DNA of 64,000 bases. Source: Candidatus Amesbacteria bacterium GW2011_GWC2_45_19 (GTDB taxonomy: Bacteria; Patescibacteriota; Microgenomatia; CAZETR01; Amesbacteraceae). Both the position numbers and the translations under genes were made by a program. The notes under the pieces were generated by a model that did not search any database, was not told where the DNA came from, and was given only the letters and a program-made list of their open reading frames with translations. Below, piece after piece: positions 45,246-55,672 of the stretch. The stretch spans positions 82,066 through 146,065 of the forward strand of contig LCKS01000001.1 of NCBI GenBank assembly GCA_001001555.1, given 5' to 3'. Every line of letters begins with the position of its first letter. Within the stretch, counting starts at the first letter, position 1.

Positions 45246-46014
45246 GATAAGAATCGGTGTTATACCTGCCGCTGGTTCCGGAAAACGGTTGGGCTACCTT
45301 TCTTCACTCCTTCCCAAGACACTTTTTCCTCTTTATGACCGTCCAATAATTCACTATGTAGTTGATCAAATGCAAAGTATTGGTATAGAGGACATATATA
45401 TCATTGTCAATATTTACAAAGAAAAAATAATTGAGTATTTCAAATTTGTCCAAATGGATTTGCGGGCTAATATCTACTTCATTGAACAAAAAACCTTAAA
45501 CGGTAATGGTGAGGCAATTCTTTTAGCTGAGCAATACACCAAAAAGGAACCTTTCATGGTCATATATGGCGATGATTGTACAGTGTCTGAATCATTGGAC
45601 GGCATGATTCAAAATTTTTTAAAATCGACGGCAATTGTCATGGAAGGTGTAGTGAAAGAGGAAGACTTGGCAATTCTTAGACAAACTTGTTCGGTCAAGT
45701 TGGCAAAAAACGGCCGCATGATAGAGATTATCGAAAAGCCTGAAAACCCGCCGCACATGTTCCGTGGTTGCGGGGTATATTTATTCCGCCCGGAAGTATT
45801 TAGTCATATTCGAAACACGCCAATACACCCAATCCGTCAAGAACGGGAAATCACATACACCATTGATCGATTGGCAAAACTTGGTAAAGCCTACGGACAC
45901 TTAATTAATGGCAGTAATGTAAATATTAATGATTATGATGAATTAATTAAAGCTAGCCAGATGTTAAAAGACCACAAAAAGGCGTCTAAAAAATTGGTTG
46001 AGGTTTTGTTTTAA
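45235..46014 (+). CDS. Sugar-1-phosphate nucleotidyltransferase
   Basis: IRIGVIPAAGSGKRLG...LPKTLFPLYDRPIIHY G-x-G-x-R-L signature. Confidence 0.65.
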   Translation: MQNKIRIGVIPAAGSGKRLGYLSSLLPKTLFPLYDRPIIHYVVDQMQSIGIEDIYIIVNIYKEKIIEYFKFVQMDLRANIYFIEQKTLNGNGEAILLAEQYTKKEPFMVIYGDDCTVSESLDGMIQNFLKSTAIVMEGVVKEEDLAILRQTCSVKLAKNGRMIEIIEKPENPPHMFRGCGVYLFRPEVFSHIRNTPIHPIRQEREITYTIDRLAKLGKAYGHLINGSNVNINDYDELIKASQMLKDHKKASKKLVEVLF

Positions 46015-46030
46015 CTTCAGCCAAACACTG

Positions 46031-46036
46031 TATAAT
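46031..46036 (+). promoter_or_regulatory. TATAAT -10 box 7 nt upstream of GTG start (leaderless configuration)
   Basis: ctgTATAATcactataGTG. Confidence 0.4.
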
Positions 46037-46043
46037 CACTATA

Positions 46044-47027
46044 GTGAAGTGTCTCGTTACTGGCCAATCAGGCCTAATCGGCTCTCATCTAGTAGACTTG
46101 CTATTAAAAAACGGACATGAGGTATATGGAATTTCCAGAACCAACAGAAATAAGATCCCGGGAAGCCGTAACTTTTGTTTAGATCTTAGAGATACAAAAA
46201 AGGCGAGAGAAACTATTGAATTAATTGCTCCGGAAGTGGTATTTGCATTGGCAGCTAATGCTGCAGAGGGTAAATCTTTTTTTTCACCCATCGAGATTTC
46301 TACCAGCTGCATAGATACTTTCTTTAATACTCTAGTTCCCTCCATTAGAACTAGAAAGCTTAAACGTTTTGTATTCACTTCAAGTATTGCCGTTTATGGT
46401 TCCATCCCCACTCCGTTTAAAGAGTCTAACAATCCACAGCCAAAGGATATTTATGGGATTAGCAAACTTACAGCCGAGAAAGCCCTTAAGGTTATGAGTC
46501 AGGTGTATGGGTTCGAATATGTAATTGTCAGGCCTCACAATGTCTTCGGTCCCAGACAAAACATGTCTGATCCATATCGAAATGTCGTCACACTTTTTAT
46601 GAACCAAATTTTAAAAAATGAACCTTATGTTATATATGGCAACGGGGAAATGAAGAGATGTTTTTCTTACATTGACGAAGTGGTTGAAATAATTCATCGT
46701 TGTGGATTTGAGGATGTAGCGGGAATGATATTTAATGTGGGCTCTAATCTTAGTTGGTCTATCAACGAGTTATCAGCGGCGATACAGAAAATAACAAGAT
46801 CTAAAGTTAAGCCAACTTACTTGCCCGAAAGAGTGAACGAAGTTCAACAGGCTATTTCCGATCACTCTCTGCTAGAGCGAGTATTCGGTTACAATGACAC
46901 TCCTTTAGAGGTAGCCCTTAGGAGAACCTGGAAATGGGCTAAAGCTCAGGGGCCTCAGAAATACAAGTTTACAAGACTCGAATTGTCCCATCCACACGTA
47001 CCCAAGAATTGGAAATCGAGGGCATAA
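46044..47027 (+). CDS. NAD-dependent sugar-nucleotide epimerase/dehydratase (extended SDR)
   Basis: GTG start; VKCLVTGQSGLIGSH...YGISKLTAEK (YxxxK). Confidence 0.7.
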   Translation: MKCLVTGQSGLIGSHLVDLLLKNGHEVYGISRTNRNKIPGSRNFCLDLRDTKKARETIELIAPEVVFALAANAAEGKSFFSPIEISTSCIDTFFNTLVPSIRTRKLKRFVFTSSIAVYGSIPTPFKESNNPQPKDIYGISKLTAEKALKVMSQVYGFEYVIVRPHNVFGPRQNMSDPYRNVVTLFMNQILKNEPYVIYGNGEMKRCFSYIDEVVEIIHRCGFEDVAGMIFNVGSNLSWSINELSAAIQKITRSKVKPTYLPERVNEVQQAISDHSLLERVFGYNDTPLEVALRRTWKWAKAQGPQKYKFTRLELSHPHVPKNWKSRA

Positions 47028-47029
47028 AA

Positions 47030-48436
47030 CTAATTTGATTGGTATTTCTTGTTTATTGCTAAGTATACGTATTGATAGGCAAAATGCTGGGTAAGTAGTC
47101 TAGCCAGTACTATGCCGATACTCGTAAAAAACGGAGCGGGGGTAACTTGTTTAGAAATAATAGAATACTTTGATCTATTGATTAACTCTTGGGAAGATTT
47201 ATCTGTAAAAAAATGTAAATGGGTGGAATCAAAAGGACCGCGGGTGAACTTATGTCTTGGAAAAAGAAAACGCAGTATTCGAGCAGGTAAATAATTAGAA
47301 TTAGGTAAGGAAACTATTAAGTATTTAGAGTTAATTTGATTTATTACTGTCTCCGGCTTGTTTAAATGTTCAAGAACATCTGCGGCCACAGTGACTTCTG
47401 AAGATGTCTTTGGAAGAGGTTTATTTAAGCTTCGCCAATAGACAGTCGAATAACGGTTAATGGCTGCAAATCTTTTCCAACTATGGCTTTTTTCTATACC
47501 GATGAGATCTCCTTGCCAAGTCGGACCTAGTGCAGAAGCTAAGAATCCTCCAGCACAGCCTAAATCAAGAACTGTACGAAAGTTGCATTTTTTAATTAGA
47601 GAAGCAATAAGCATATGACTGGAGTTAGAGTGATGCTTAAAGCTGTAAGGGGAGACAGAATAAATTGAATCTTTAATGAGTCCTAACTGAGATAATTGAT
47701 ATTTAAGTACTGCATTGAGACAGCTTAAACCGTAGGAGAACACCTTGACTCCGCTTTTGCTGCCTGGTCCGTAATAAGTGGGAATGGGCACTTCAATTAT
47801 TCGATATCCCAGATGATTGAGAAATATTATCATTTCTGTGTCAAAGTGGTATGAATTTGACAGTTTAGACAGGGGAATTGCTTTAAAGACGTTAGTATTA
47901 TATGCACGATATCCCGAGTGGAATTCGGAAAAATTTGTACCTAGAATTATGTTTTCCAAATGAGTTAGTATTTTGTTACCAATAAATTTGTAATAAGGCA
48001 TACCACCTTCCAAGGGCCTGCCTAGCATTCTGGAACCCATTACTACACCTATTTGCCTCCAATCCTGTTCTTCGAAGGGTTTTAAAAGCAATGGCATTTT
48101 TTCAGGTGAGTATTGGACATCGCCATGCAGCATAACTACAACGTCGAGTTTTTGGGTTATGGCATAGCGGTATCCACGTTTTTGATTTCCACCGTAGCCT
48201 AAATTTCGGGGATTTCTAAATACTCGAAACTTTTCAATTCTTCGAAGTAACTTGTAACCCATGGCTGCAAAATAAGTATTGTCCCCGGAGTGATCATCAA
48301 GACAGTAAATGGTGGAAGCACCCCTTTTAATTTTTACCGGAATGCGTTCGTATGCCGCAATAAGGGTAGACGCAACATTGTAGGCAAGAATGAAAATTCC
48401 GTAGCGTAACTTGTTCTTCATATTTGTTCTAAGCAT
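47030..48436 (-). CDS. Bifunctional GT2 (DPM1-like) glycosyltransferase fused to C-terminal class I SAM-dependent methyltransferase
   Basis: N-term FILAYN...CLDDHSGDNT...LHGDVQY; C-term VLDLGCAGGFLASAL...ADVLEHLNKPE methyltransferase motifs I and post-I. Confidence 0.6.
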   Translation of the reverse strand: MLRTNMKNKLRYGIFILAYNVASTLIAAYERIPVKIKRGASTIYCLDDHSGDNTYFAAMGYKLLRRIEKFRVFRNPRNLGYGGNQKRGYRYAITQKLDVVVMLHGDVQYSPEKMPLLLKPFEEQDWRQIGVVMGSRMLGRPLEGGMPYYKFIGNKILTHLENIILGTNFSEFHSGYRAYNTNVFKAIPLSKLSNSYHFDTEMIIFLNHLGYRIIEVPIPTYYGPGSKSGVKVFSYGLSCLNAVLKYQLSQLGLIKDSIYSVSPYSFKHHSNSSHMLIASLIKKCNFRTVLDLGCAGGFLASALGPTWQGDLIGIEKSHSWKRFAAINRYSTVYWRSLNKPLPKTSSEVTVAADVLEHLNKPETVINQINSKYLIVSLPNSNYLPARILRFLFPRHKFTRGPFDSTHLHFFTDKSSQELINRSKYSIISKQVTPAPFFTSIGIVLARLLTQHFAYQYVYLAINKKYQSN

Positions 48437-49962
48437 TTAGACACCTTCTCTCTGAAAGCCATCGTTTCGTTGGAAATTGTACCATTAAAATCTACCGACC
48501 AGGCATAAATGTTGGTTTTCAAAATGGGTTTCCCTTTTTGGTTATCGGGAGCCGCATATTTAAAGGTAATTTCTTCTCTTTTATTGTTGGGAGCGCAGAT
48601 CCATTCTGCAGCAGCATCCCAATTCGAAAACACCGTAGGAAACATTGCAGAATCCCGTAGACCCTTGAAATAAGCATAAGCATAGGGGAACCAGCCAGAC
48701 ACTAAGTTGCTCCTAGATGTATGAATAACCAAAGCGCGGGGTAGTGAATCAACGGTGGTATCGTTCACAATTTTTTGATAGATTGGTTTTACAAGATTAG
48801 CATTTCTTAACGAGCTTTCAATGCTCAATACATACGTAGAGTATTTTAAAAACATTATGAGCAATGGGACAAACACTAGTATCTGCTTCAACTTAGATAA
48901 CTTTGACAAAAGAAGTCCAATCATAAGAAGCACTCCAATACCTATGCCGGCCATATATCTGTGGGAGGATCCGACCATTGTGCTCGGTCCACCGCTAGCA
49001 TACATCCAGTTAGGAATAAACATAAAGGCCATCCACAAAAAGATGGTGGCCGTGGATTGCCAGAACTTTGAGCGGGTAACCAGAAAGACAATAGTTACAA
49101 CTACTGTAGTAATAAAAAAAACCTTTCCAATAAGTAGACTTAGGAAGGAGATTCTTCCTACTAATCCTCCTTCCTCGGCTAATGGGAAAATAGGAATTCG
49201 TAGCAGGTTACCAATATTACTAAATAAGATGTCTAGGTGTGAGTAACTTTCTGAGAGAACATGGGAATAAGAAAATCCAGAGGTGTTAACAGCTGGATCT
49301 CGAATGATAATTATTAGTATTACAATTACGAGTACTAAAAATCCGAAATACTTGGCTAAAAATTTACTTGGACGAAGATAGAAGTGGAAAAACGTGGAGA
49401 TAGCCAGTAGTGGGAATATTCCTATTACCCGTCCAAAAAAAGAAAATAAACTCATTATTGCAGAAATACAAATGCCTAAGAAGTAAAGTGGTCTCTTAGT
49501 TTTTAGAAATAAATTATGGAATGCAAATGCTAGTAGTGAAAAGAATACCGCAAGACCTGTAATTCTATGCCAGGTATACACTTCTACACCTCCGCTGTAA
49601 CCCGCGTACAATAAAGAAGATAGAATCGAGGAGGTTTTATTTTTAGTAAAAGTGTACACCAGTAGCAAGACGGCGGCGCTATTAAGAAATTTTAGATAAA
49701 TTCCGGTAGATTGAAACTGCTCAAAGGAAATTTTGTCGTATAAGCGAGTGTAAGGGAGCATGAAGAGGCCCGTTTTTACTTGCCAACCATCTGGAGTACC
49801 TCCAATTTCTCTATATACTGCCGCCGGATTTAACTTATTGGCCCACATAAAAATCCAGTCGTCCTTCCAATAATAGAAATTCTTTACATTTGGTAAACTG
49901 ATATAGCTAATTAACAGCAGCAAACCAGAAGTAATTATTACGCGACTATTTACTTTCAGCAT
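48418..49962 (-). CDS. Polytopic membrane protein of unknown function (family C; putative glycan polymerase/GT-C-like)
   Basis: 514 aa, >10 TM, no recognised motif. Confidence 0.4.
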   Translation of the reverse strand: MLKVNSRVIITSGLLLLISYISLPNVKNFYYWKDDWIFMWANKLNPAAVYREIGGTPDGWQVKTGLFMLPYTRLYDKISFEQFQSTGIYLKFLNSAAVLLLVYTFTKNKTSSILSSLLYAGYSGGVEVYTWHRITGLAVFFSLLAFAFHNLFLKTKRPLYFLGICISAIMSLFSFFGRVIGIFPLLAISTFFHFYLRPSKFLAKYFGFLVLVIVILIIIIRDPAVNTSGFSYSHVLSESYSHLDILFSNIGNLLRIPIFPLAEEGGLVGRISFLSLLIGKVFFITTVVVTIVFLVTRSKFWQSTATIFLWMAFMFIPNWMYASGGPSTMVGSSHRYMAGIGIGVLLMIGLLLSKLSKLKQILVFVPLLIMFLKYSTYVLSIESSLRNANLVKPIYQKIVNDTTVDSLPRALVIHTSRSNLVSGWFPYAYAYFKGLRDSAMFPTVFSNWDAAAEWICAPNNKREEITFKYAAPDNQKGKPILKTNIYAWSVDFNGTISNETMAFREKVSKCLEQI

Positions 49963-51718
49963 ACTTGATTCTTTTTAGTAACTCTCTCTTCTCATCTGTA
50001 ATATCATATAGGGTTTTATTTTCAAGTTTATATGCATAAATATTTTCCAACTCCACAGGTCCATAAGGCCCGGGCATGAACCTTTTTAATGATTCGCCGT
50101 CCTGATAGGCCGAGACTACTTCTTGCCAATTTTCAGTGGGGGCAACGTTGTACCAGGGACCGGAGATATTAAACTGATAGTGAGATATTACCGGCCAGCC
50201 GAATATAAACGAGTGGTATATAACTTCAGGATTATCTCCTTCAAAATAAAACACCAGTGGAATGTTGGGTTTACCAAAGTTTTTAGGCGGCTTAACTGAA
50301 TTTCTTATTCTGGTAGTTAACTCAATCCCCCTCACTTCGGATAAGTGATACAAGTATTTGTAACTGACCTTGGCGTGTAAGCTAAACATAAATCCAAACG
50401 AGAGAATTAAGATAATCTTGCTTCTAAATTTGGTCTTTACGGCTAGAAGCATAGCCATAAGCCAGGCTAAACCGGCACCTGATACAATCAAGTATCGTCC
50501 AGTGATCTCATATAATTGACCCGGATATCTAATCCAAAAGAGAATGAAACCGCTGACAAGCATGAGTATGGATAACACCAGCCCGAGGCGCAGAGATGGC
50601 TGGGTTTTAGCGTTGAGCCACAATAAGCCTAAACCTATCAGAATATAACCGCCCAGTAGGTAAGTTAGTAATTCAAATGGTTGGAGAGCACTATTAGACG
50701 GCGGCATGAATGTTTGCCAGATAAACGCAGTCCAACCAGCTGCCAATATGAGGGCCGCTACTAGTTGACGCTGGCGGGTCTTAAAAATAACTAAAGCTAG
50801 CCCAAATAGAACAAATGTCGGTCCGACTACCCGGCGAAAGGTTCTAGGTAATCCCCATACCTCTATTCGCTGGTACATAAAATCGTTGGGGAGAATTATG
50901 GAACCGATTTGGCTCACTGGAGACACCAGTATTTTATAGTTTTTGTCGTTAATTAGCTGGATTACCTGTTGGAAATTTTGGGACAGAGCTTTACTGCCGC
51001 GTAAACTTACCGCTCCACCATAGTTGGTGTACTTTAAAATTGTCATTAGCAAAAATATATATAAGCTTATTCTCAGTAGTCCCAGCCCAACATTTTTTAA
51101 GTTAAAGTTGGTAATTAACCAATATATTTCTAGCCCAACTATCAGAATAGGTAGGAACATAGTCCTGACAGGTTGAGATATGATAGCCAAGACAAATAAG
51201 GCCGCTGATGCAATCCAAATTAATAAGTGATTTTTCGTTCGAGCCAAAATAAAACAGCCCAAAAAGGTATTAGCTAAGGCGATAGCTATATATGAGGGCA
51301 TGTTAAATGACCAGTCGGTGGCTTCTAACCCGGTAGTTGTCACCGCAAAAAAGGCAGCCGCTCCGATACTGGCCCATTTGTTTTTGGTTAAGGTGTATAC
51401 CGGCCACAAAAAGGATAAAGCCGCTAAGAATCTCAGCGCGAAAGAGAAAATGTAGTAAACTTGATGATTAAATCCAAAATAGTGGTGGATAACGGCCGTT
51501 AGCATATCCATCGGACCGTAATCGGTGAAGAAGTAGGACCAGTTACTTAACGTTTCACCTCCCCAGCCATTATGATAAAACTGATACCGCCATAGTCCCA
51601 AATAATCATCCCCGGTCAAAGCTAAATTAAAACTGGGAAACAGGGTAATAAAATATATACCGAATAATAACAAAATTCCCACAATCCAAAATTTATGCGT
51701 TTTCATAAACATCATCAT
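49946..51718 (-). CDS. Polytopic membrane protein of unknown function (family C-like); start possibly at an internal Met
   Basis: 590 aa, many TM; MMMFMKTHKF has several candidate starts. Confidence 0.4.
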   Translation of the reverse strand: MMMFMKTHKFWIVGILLLFGIYFITLFPSFNLALTGDDYLGLWRYQFYHNGWGGETLSNWSYFFTDYGPMDMLTAVIHHYFGFNHQVYYIFSFALRFLAALSFLWPVYTLTKNKWASIGAAAFFAVTTTGLEATDWSFNMPSYIAIALANTFLGCFILARTKNHLLIWIASAALFVLAIISQPVRTMFLPILIVGLEIYWLITNFNLKNVGLGLLRISLYIFLLMTILKYTNYGGAVSLRGSKALSQNFQQVIQLINDKNYKILVSPVSQIGSIILPNDFMYQRIEVWGLPRTFRRVVGPTFVLFGLALVIFKTRQRQLVAALILAAGWTAFIWQTFMPPSNSALQPFELLTYLLGGYILIGLGLLWLNAKTQPSLRLGLVLSILMLVSGFILFWIRYPGQLYEITGRYLIVSGAGLAWLMAMLLAVKTKFRSKIILILSFGFMFSLHAKVSYKYLYHLSEVRGIELTTRIRNSVKPPKNFGKPNIPLVFYFEGDNPEVIYHSFIFGWPVISHYQFNISGPWYNVAPTENWQEVVSAYQDGESLKRFMPGPYGPVELENIYAYKLENKTLYDITDEKRELLKRIKYAESK

Positions 51719-51729
51719 TATAATATAAT
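51719..51729 (+). promoter_or_regulatory. Overlapping TATAAT boxes (TATAATATAAT) 7 nt upstream of ATG 51736 (leaderless configuration)
   Basis: Read directly; only 17 nt between divergent ORFs. Confidence 0.4.
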
Positions 51730-51735
51730 CTCTTC

Positions 51736-52569
51736 ATGGCTAAACCACTGGTGTCAATCATTATTCCGGCATATAACGAGGAAAAAGTTATTGAATGCTT
51801 ACTTGCGTCTATCAATAATCAGTCTTATCCCAGAATTGAAAGTATAGTAATCGACGATAGTTCCACGGACGGAACTTTTAAAACAGCCTCCCGGATGGCC
51901 ACCGTAGCCATTAAGAGAAAACATGCAGAGAGAAGCATTCAAAGAAACTTTGGAGCCTCCAAAGCTCACGGACAATATCTGATATTTTTAGATGCTGATA
52001 TGGAACTCACATCTGACGTTGTTTCGGAATGTGTGCAAACTATTCAAAAAGATTCCACTATTGGGGCCATAGCAATTCCTGAATTACCAATAGCTACAAA
52101 TCATTTAGAAAAAATAAAAGCCTTTGAAAGGTCTTTTTATAGTGACTTTGGAGATCCGGATACAGACGCTGCTAGATTTTTTCCCAAAAAAATATTCGAC
52201 CAAATAGGTGGTTACGACACTAGTTTAACTGGGCCGGAAGATTGGGATTTGCCTGAAAATGTTGTCCGTAAAGGTTATAAAGTGGGGCGGATTTCTTCCC
52301 GAATTAAACATTATGAGAGAATAAGATCAATTCTGCACTTACTTAAAAAGAAATATTATTATGGCATCTCTTCACACCGTTATTTTAAAAAACACAAGCT
52401 TTCTCTCATTGGTCCTAAAACTATTTACTTTTTACGCCCCATTTTTTATAAAAACTGGCAAAGGCTTGTGCAAAACCCGGGACTAACAGTAGGCATGATT
52501 GTAGTTTTGACTCTTGAGCAGTTTTTTGGAGGACTTGGTTATTTGGTTGGCCGAATCACAAAAGCATGA
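51736..52569 (+). CDS. GT2 glycosyltransferase
   Basis: LVSIIIPAYNEEKVI...IVIDDSSTDGT...LDADMEL. Confidence 0.7.
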   Translation: MAKPLVSIIIPAYNEEKVIECLLASINNQSYPRIESIVIDDSSTDGTFKTASRMATVAIKRKHAERSIQRNFGASKAHGQYLIFLDADMELTSDVVSECVQTIQKDSTIGAIAIPELPIATNHLEKIKAFERSFYSDFGDPDTDAARFFPKKIFDQIGGYDTSLTGPEDWDLPENVVRKGYKVGRISSRIKHYERIRSILHLLKKKYYYGISSHRYFKKHKLSLIGPKTIYFLRPIFYKNWQRLVQNPGLTVGMIVVLTLEQFFGGLGYLVGRITKA

Positions 52570-53675
52570 AAATACTTCAACTAACATCTCATTACTATCC
52601 AAATTTAGGAGGAGTGGAAACCCATCTTCAAGATTTAATCAGAGAGTTAATTAAAATGAAACATCAAGTATTTGTCCTCACATACCGACCTCTATCCACC
52701 AATTCTCCATGGTCAATTTGGGAGACCTCCCAATTCTTAAAGGTGTTTCGTATCCCATGGTTTCCCGGGCTATTTAACAAACTATCTCCCTATCCAGTTT
52801 TAGAATTTCTATACCTAGCACCTGGACTATTCATTGCCCTTCCCTTGCTATTGATTATTTCAAGACCCCAGGTAATTCACTCTCATGGACTAGTTGCTGC
52901 ATTTGCAGGGGTAATTTGGGGCAGATTATTTGGTATTCGGGTGATCGTTTCTACCCATTCAATTTACCATTTTCCTTCCAGTGGTCTTTATAGATGGTTA
53001 GCCAGAGTTATTTTTGAATCTGCCGATTACAACCTGTGCTTGTCAAACCAATCTGCAAGTGAACTAATTAAGCAAGGTGTATCACCTCAAAAAGTGGGCC
53101 GTTTTACTTACTGGGTGGATTTAGATAAATTCTCTCCTAAAGATAAATTATTAAGCAAAAAAGCGCTTGGTTGGTCAGGTCAATTTGTGGTTCTTTTTGT
53201 GGGCAGATTGGTCTCTGAAAAGGGGATACCGGAGCTGCTTAAAGCAGCCAAAAAGTTCAAGTCCGGAATTAATCTCAAAATAGCCGGTTCAGGTCCTCTC
53301 GAAGATCAAGTAAAAAAATTTTATATTGGCCGTATTTCCCAGGACATGCTCTCCCTCTATTACTCTGCCGCCGATCTCACAATCGTTCCCAGTACTCACG
53401 AGGAAGGTTTCGGCAGGGTTATCATCGAATCCTTGGCCTGCGGTACGCCTGTGATTGCTGCCAATCGTGGAGCAATTCCAGAAGCTATGGACAATACCGT
53501 TGGAAAATTAATTGATATCACACCAAAAAACATAATCGATACAATTAATCACTTCCTTTTACACCAGGATCGATTAACTTCCTTGTCTAAGAAAGCCAGA
53601 ACTTTTGCCGTTTCAAATTATAGTAATAACAACGCAGGTCAAATTATTTCAGCGTATGGTTTTCCAACTGGATAG
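52566..53675 (+). CDS. GT4 glycosyltransferase
   Basis: MKILQLTSHYYPNLGGVETH...EGFGRVIIESLACGTPVIAANRGAIPE. Confidence 0.7.
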   Translation: MKILQLTSHYYPNLGGVETHLQDLIRELIKMKHQVFVLTYRPLSTNSPWSIWETSQFLKVFRIPWFPGLFNKLSPYPVLEFLYLAPGLFIALPLLLIISRPQVIHSHGLVAAFAGVIWGRLFGIRVIVSTHSIYHFPSSGLYRWLARVIFESADYNLCLSNQSASELIKQGVSPQKVGRFTYWVDLDKFSPKDKLLSKKALGWSGQFVVLFVGRLVSEKGIPELLKAAKKFKSGINLKIAGSGPLEDQVKKFYIGRISQDMLSLYYSAADLTIVPSTHEEGFGRVIIESLACGTPVIAANRGAIPEAMDNTVGKLIDITPKNIIDTINHFLLHQDRLTSLSKKARTFAVSNYSNNNAGQIISAYGFPTG

Positions 53676-53720
53676 AAAATTTGCAAAAAGTGTTAGAATA
53701 CTTATCTAGTAATTAAAATC

Positions 53721-54704
53721 ATGGCCACAAATAAAAAAATCAGGGTGACAGTAACAGGCGCCGGTGGATTCATAGGACACCACCTCGTAAAATTTCTAAA
53801 GAAAAAGGATTATTGGGTGAGAGGGGTTGATATTAAAAACCCAGAATTTGAAAAAACGGTTGCCGATGAATTTTTGTTATTAGATCTTCGTATTAAAAGA
53901 AACGCCTTAAAAGCTACTAAAAACGTTAACCAAGTATACAATCTGGCCTCCAATATGGGTGGAATCGGTTTTATAAGCAGCGTAAAAGCTCGGCTTATGA
54001 ATGACAATATTTTGATTGATACTAGCATGATTGAGGCGTCTCGACAAAATAATGTTAGCAGATTTTTTTATCCTTCATCGGCTCTGGTTTATCCGAATTT
54101 TAAAGAACCTAAAAAAAATTTAGGACTAAAAGAAAGTTATGCTTACCCTGCACTTCCTGATAGCGAGTATGGCTGGGAAAAACTATTCGCTGAAAGGCTT
54201 TGTGCTAATTATTACGAAGATTATGGATTAGAAACTCGGGTAGCCAGATTTCATAATATTTATGGTCCATTAGGAGTATACGAAGGCGGACGGGAAAAGT
54301 CGCCCGCCGCAATTTGTAGAAAAATTGCTTTAGCTAGAAACGGGGATGAAATTGAAGTTTGGGGCGATGGTAAACAAATGCGATCATATTGTTATATAGA
54401 CGACTGTATTCAAGGAATTTACAGACTTACTCTTTCTGAAATACATCAGCCTGTAAATATCGGCACTGACGATGCAGTCTCGATAAACGAATTTATTGAT
54501 ATGACTTCGGAAATTGCGGGAAAAAGAATAAAAAAACGATACGATTTGTCGAAACCGCAAGGCGTGAGATGTAGAAATTCCGACAACACACTGGTTAGAA
54601 AATTTCTCGGATGGGAGCCCAAGATTCCGCTAAAAGTCGGTATTAGGAAAAACTATGACTGGATAAAAAACGAATTAGACAAAAAAGGGATGAAAAAAAA
54701 TTAA
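53721..54704 (+). CDS. GDP-mannose 3,5-epimerase-like NAD-dependent epimerase (GME family)
   Basis: Motifs shared with GME: ITGAGGFIG, FxxxDLR, NLAxxMGGxGFI, RFFYxSSAxxYP, GWEKL, RFHNIYGP, GGREKxPAAxCRK, VRxRNSDNTL, LGWxP. Confidence 0.6.
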   Translation: MATNKKIRVTVTGAGGFIGHHLVKFLKKKDYWVRGVDIKNPEFEKTVADEFLLLDLRIKRNALKATKNVNQVYNLASNMGGIGFISSVKARLMNDNILIDTSMIEASRQNNVSRFFYPSSALVYPNFKEPKKNLGLKESYAYPALPDSEYGWEKLFAERLCANYYEDYGLETRVARFHNIYGPLGVYEGGREKSPAAICRKIALARNGDEIEVWGDGKQMRSYCYIDDCIQGIYRLTLSEIHQPVNIGTDDAVSINEFIDMTSEIAGKRIKKRYDLSKPQGVRCRNSDNTLVRKFLGWEPKIPLKVGIRKNYDWIKNELDKKGMKKN

Positions 54705-55669
54705 TGAAGTATCTAAATTATTTCAAAGGAAGGAGAGTCGTTATAACTGGTGGGAACGGTTTTTTTGGAACTCACATTATTAATCACTTACGACAAATAA
54801 AGTGCGAAATTCTTGTTCCCAGAACAAAAGAAGGAATTGATTTCAGAAAACGTGAGGATTGTTTTTCCTATCTAAACATAGCTAAACCTGATTTAGTAAT
54901 CAACTGCGCAGCCAACCAAGGTGGAATAGGTTATCACGAGGGGAAACAAGCGGATTTACTTATGGATAATCTTCTAATGGGGATATATTTGATGAATGCC
55001 TCTCAACAAACGGGTGTCAAAAAATTCATCAACATTGTTGCGGGATGCTCTTATCCTGGATATGTCGAGAGTAGTGAAATGAATGAGGAAGATTATTGGA
55101 ATGGTTGGGTTCATGACAGTATATTTAGCTATGGATTTGCTAGAAAAGCCTCCACGGTGTATGGACTTGCTCTTAAAAGGCAGCATAATTTCAACTCTAT
55201 TCACCTTGTTATGGCTAATATGTATGGCCCGGGAGAACATTTTAATCCCGAGCAGAGCAAGGCTCTAGCTGGTCTTATCAGAAAAATTTACGAGGCTAAG
55301 AAAAAAAAGCTACATTTTGTCAAAGTTTGGGGGACAGGAAAACCCATTAGAGATTGGCTATATGTAAAGGACGGAGCAGAGGCTATTTTAAGAGCAGCTT
55401 CGACATATAACAACGTAGATCCATTAAACATTGCCACTGGGGTCGGCATCTCAGTTTCCGAACTTGCCGAAACGATCAAGGAAGTACTAGGTTACGAAGG
55501 CAAGCTGGTATACGACACTAGTAAGCCAGACGGAGCACTCCATAAACTGTTTGGAATTAAAAAAATGAAAAAAATTCTCAATTGGATACCTCCAACCTCG
55601 TTGAGAAAAGGGATTAAAGAAACAGTTCAATGGTTTGATAAAAATTATCAACGAGCAATTTCATATTAA
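54704..55669 (+). CDS. GDP-L-fucose synthase-like (Fcl/GMER family) NAD(P)-dependent epimerase/reductase
   Basis: Collinear with E. coli Fcl: INCAAxxGGI, SSCxYP, ANxYGPxxxFxPxxSxxxxxLIRK, VWGTGxPxRxxLxVxD, SKPDG. Confidence 0.55.
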   Translation: MKYLNYFKGRRVVITGGNGFFGTHIINHLRQIKCEILVPRTKEGIDFRKREDCFSYLNIAKPDLVINCAANQGGIGYHEGKQADLLMDNLLMGIYLMNASQQTGVKKFINIVAGCSYPGYVESSEMNEEDYWNGWVHDSIFSYGFARKASTVYGLALKRQHNFNSIHLVMANMYGPGEHFNPEQSKALAGLIRKIYEAKKKKLHFVKVWGTGKPIRDWLYVKDGAEAILRAASTYNNVDPLNIATGVGISVSELAETIKEVLGYEGKLVYDTSKPDGALHKLFGIKKMKKILNWIPPTSLRKGIKETVQWFDKNYQRAISY

Positions 55670-55672
55670 GCC

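Noticed and set aside
53676-53720. Possible sigma70-like promoter upstream of the GME-like gene (TTGCAA...TAAAAT)
   Set aside because: Spacing between the candidate -35 and -10 does not fit 16-18 nt, and the -10 would place the TSS inside the ORF. It is too weak to call.
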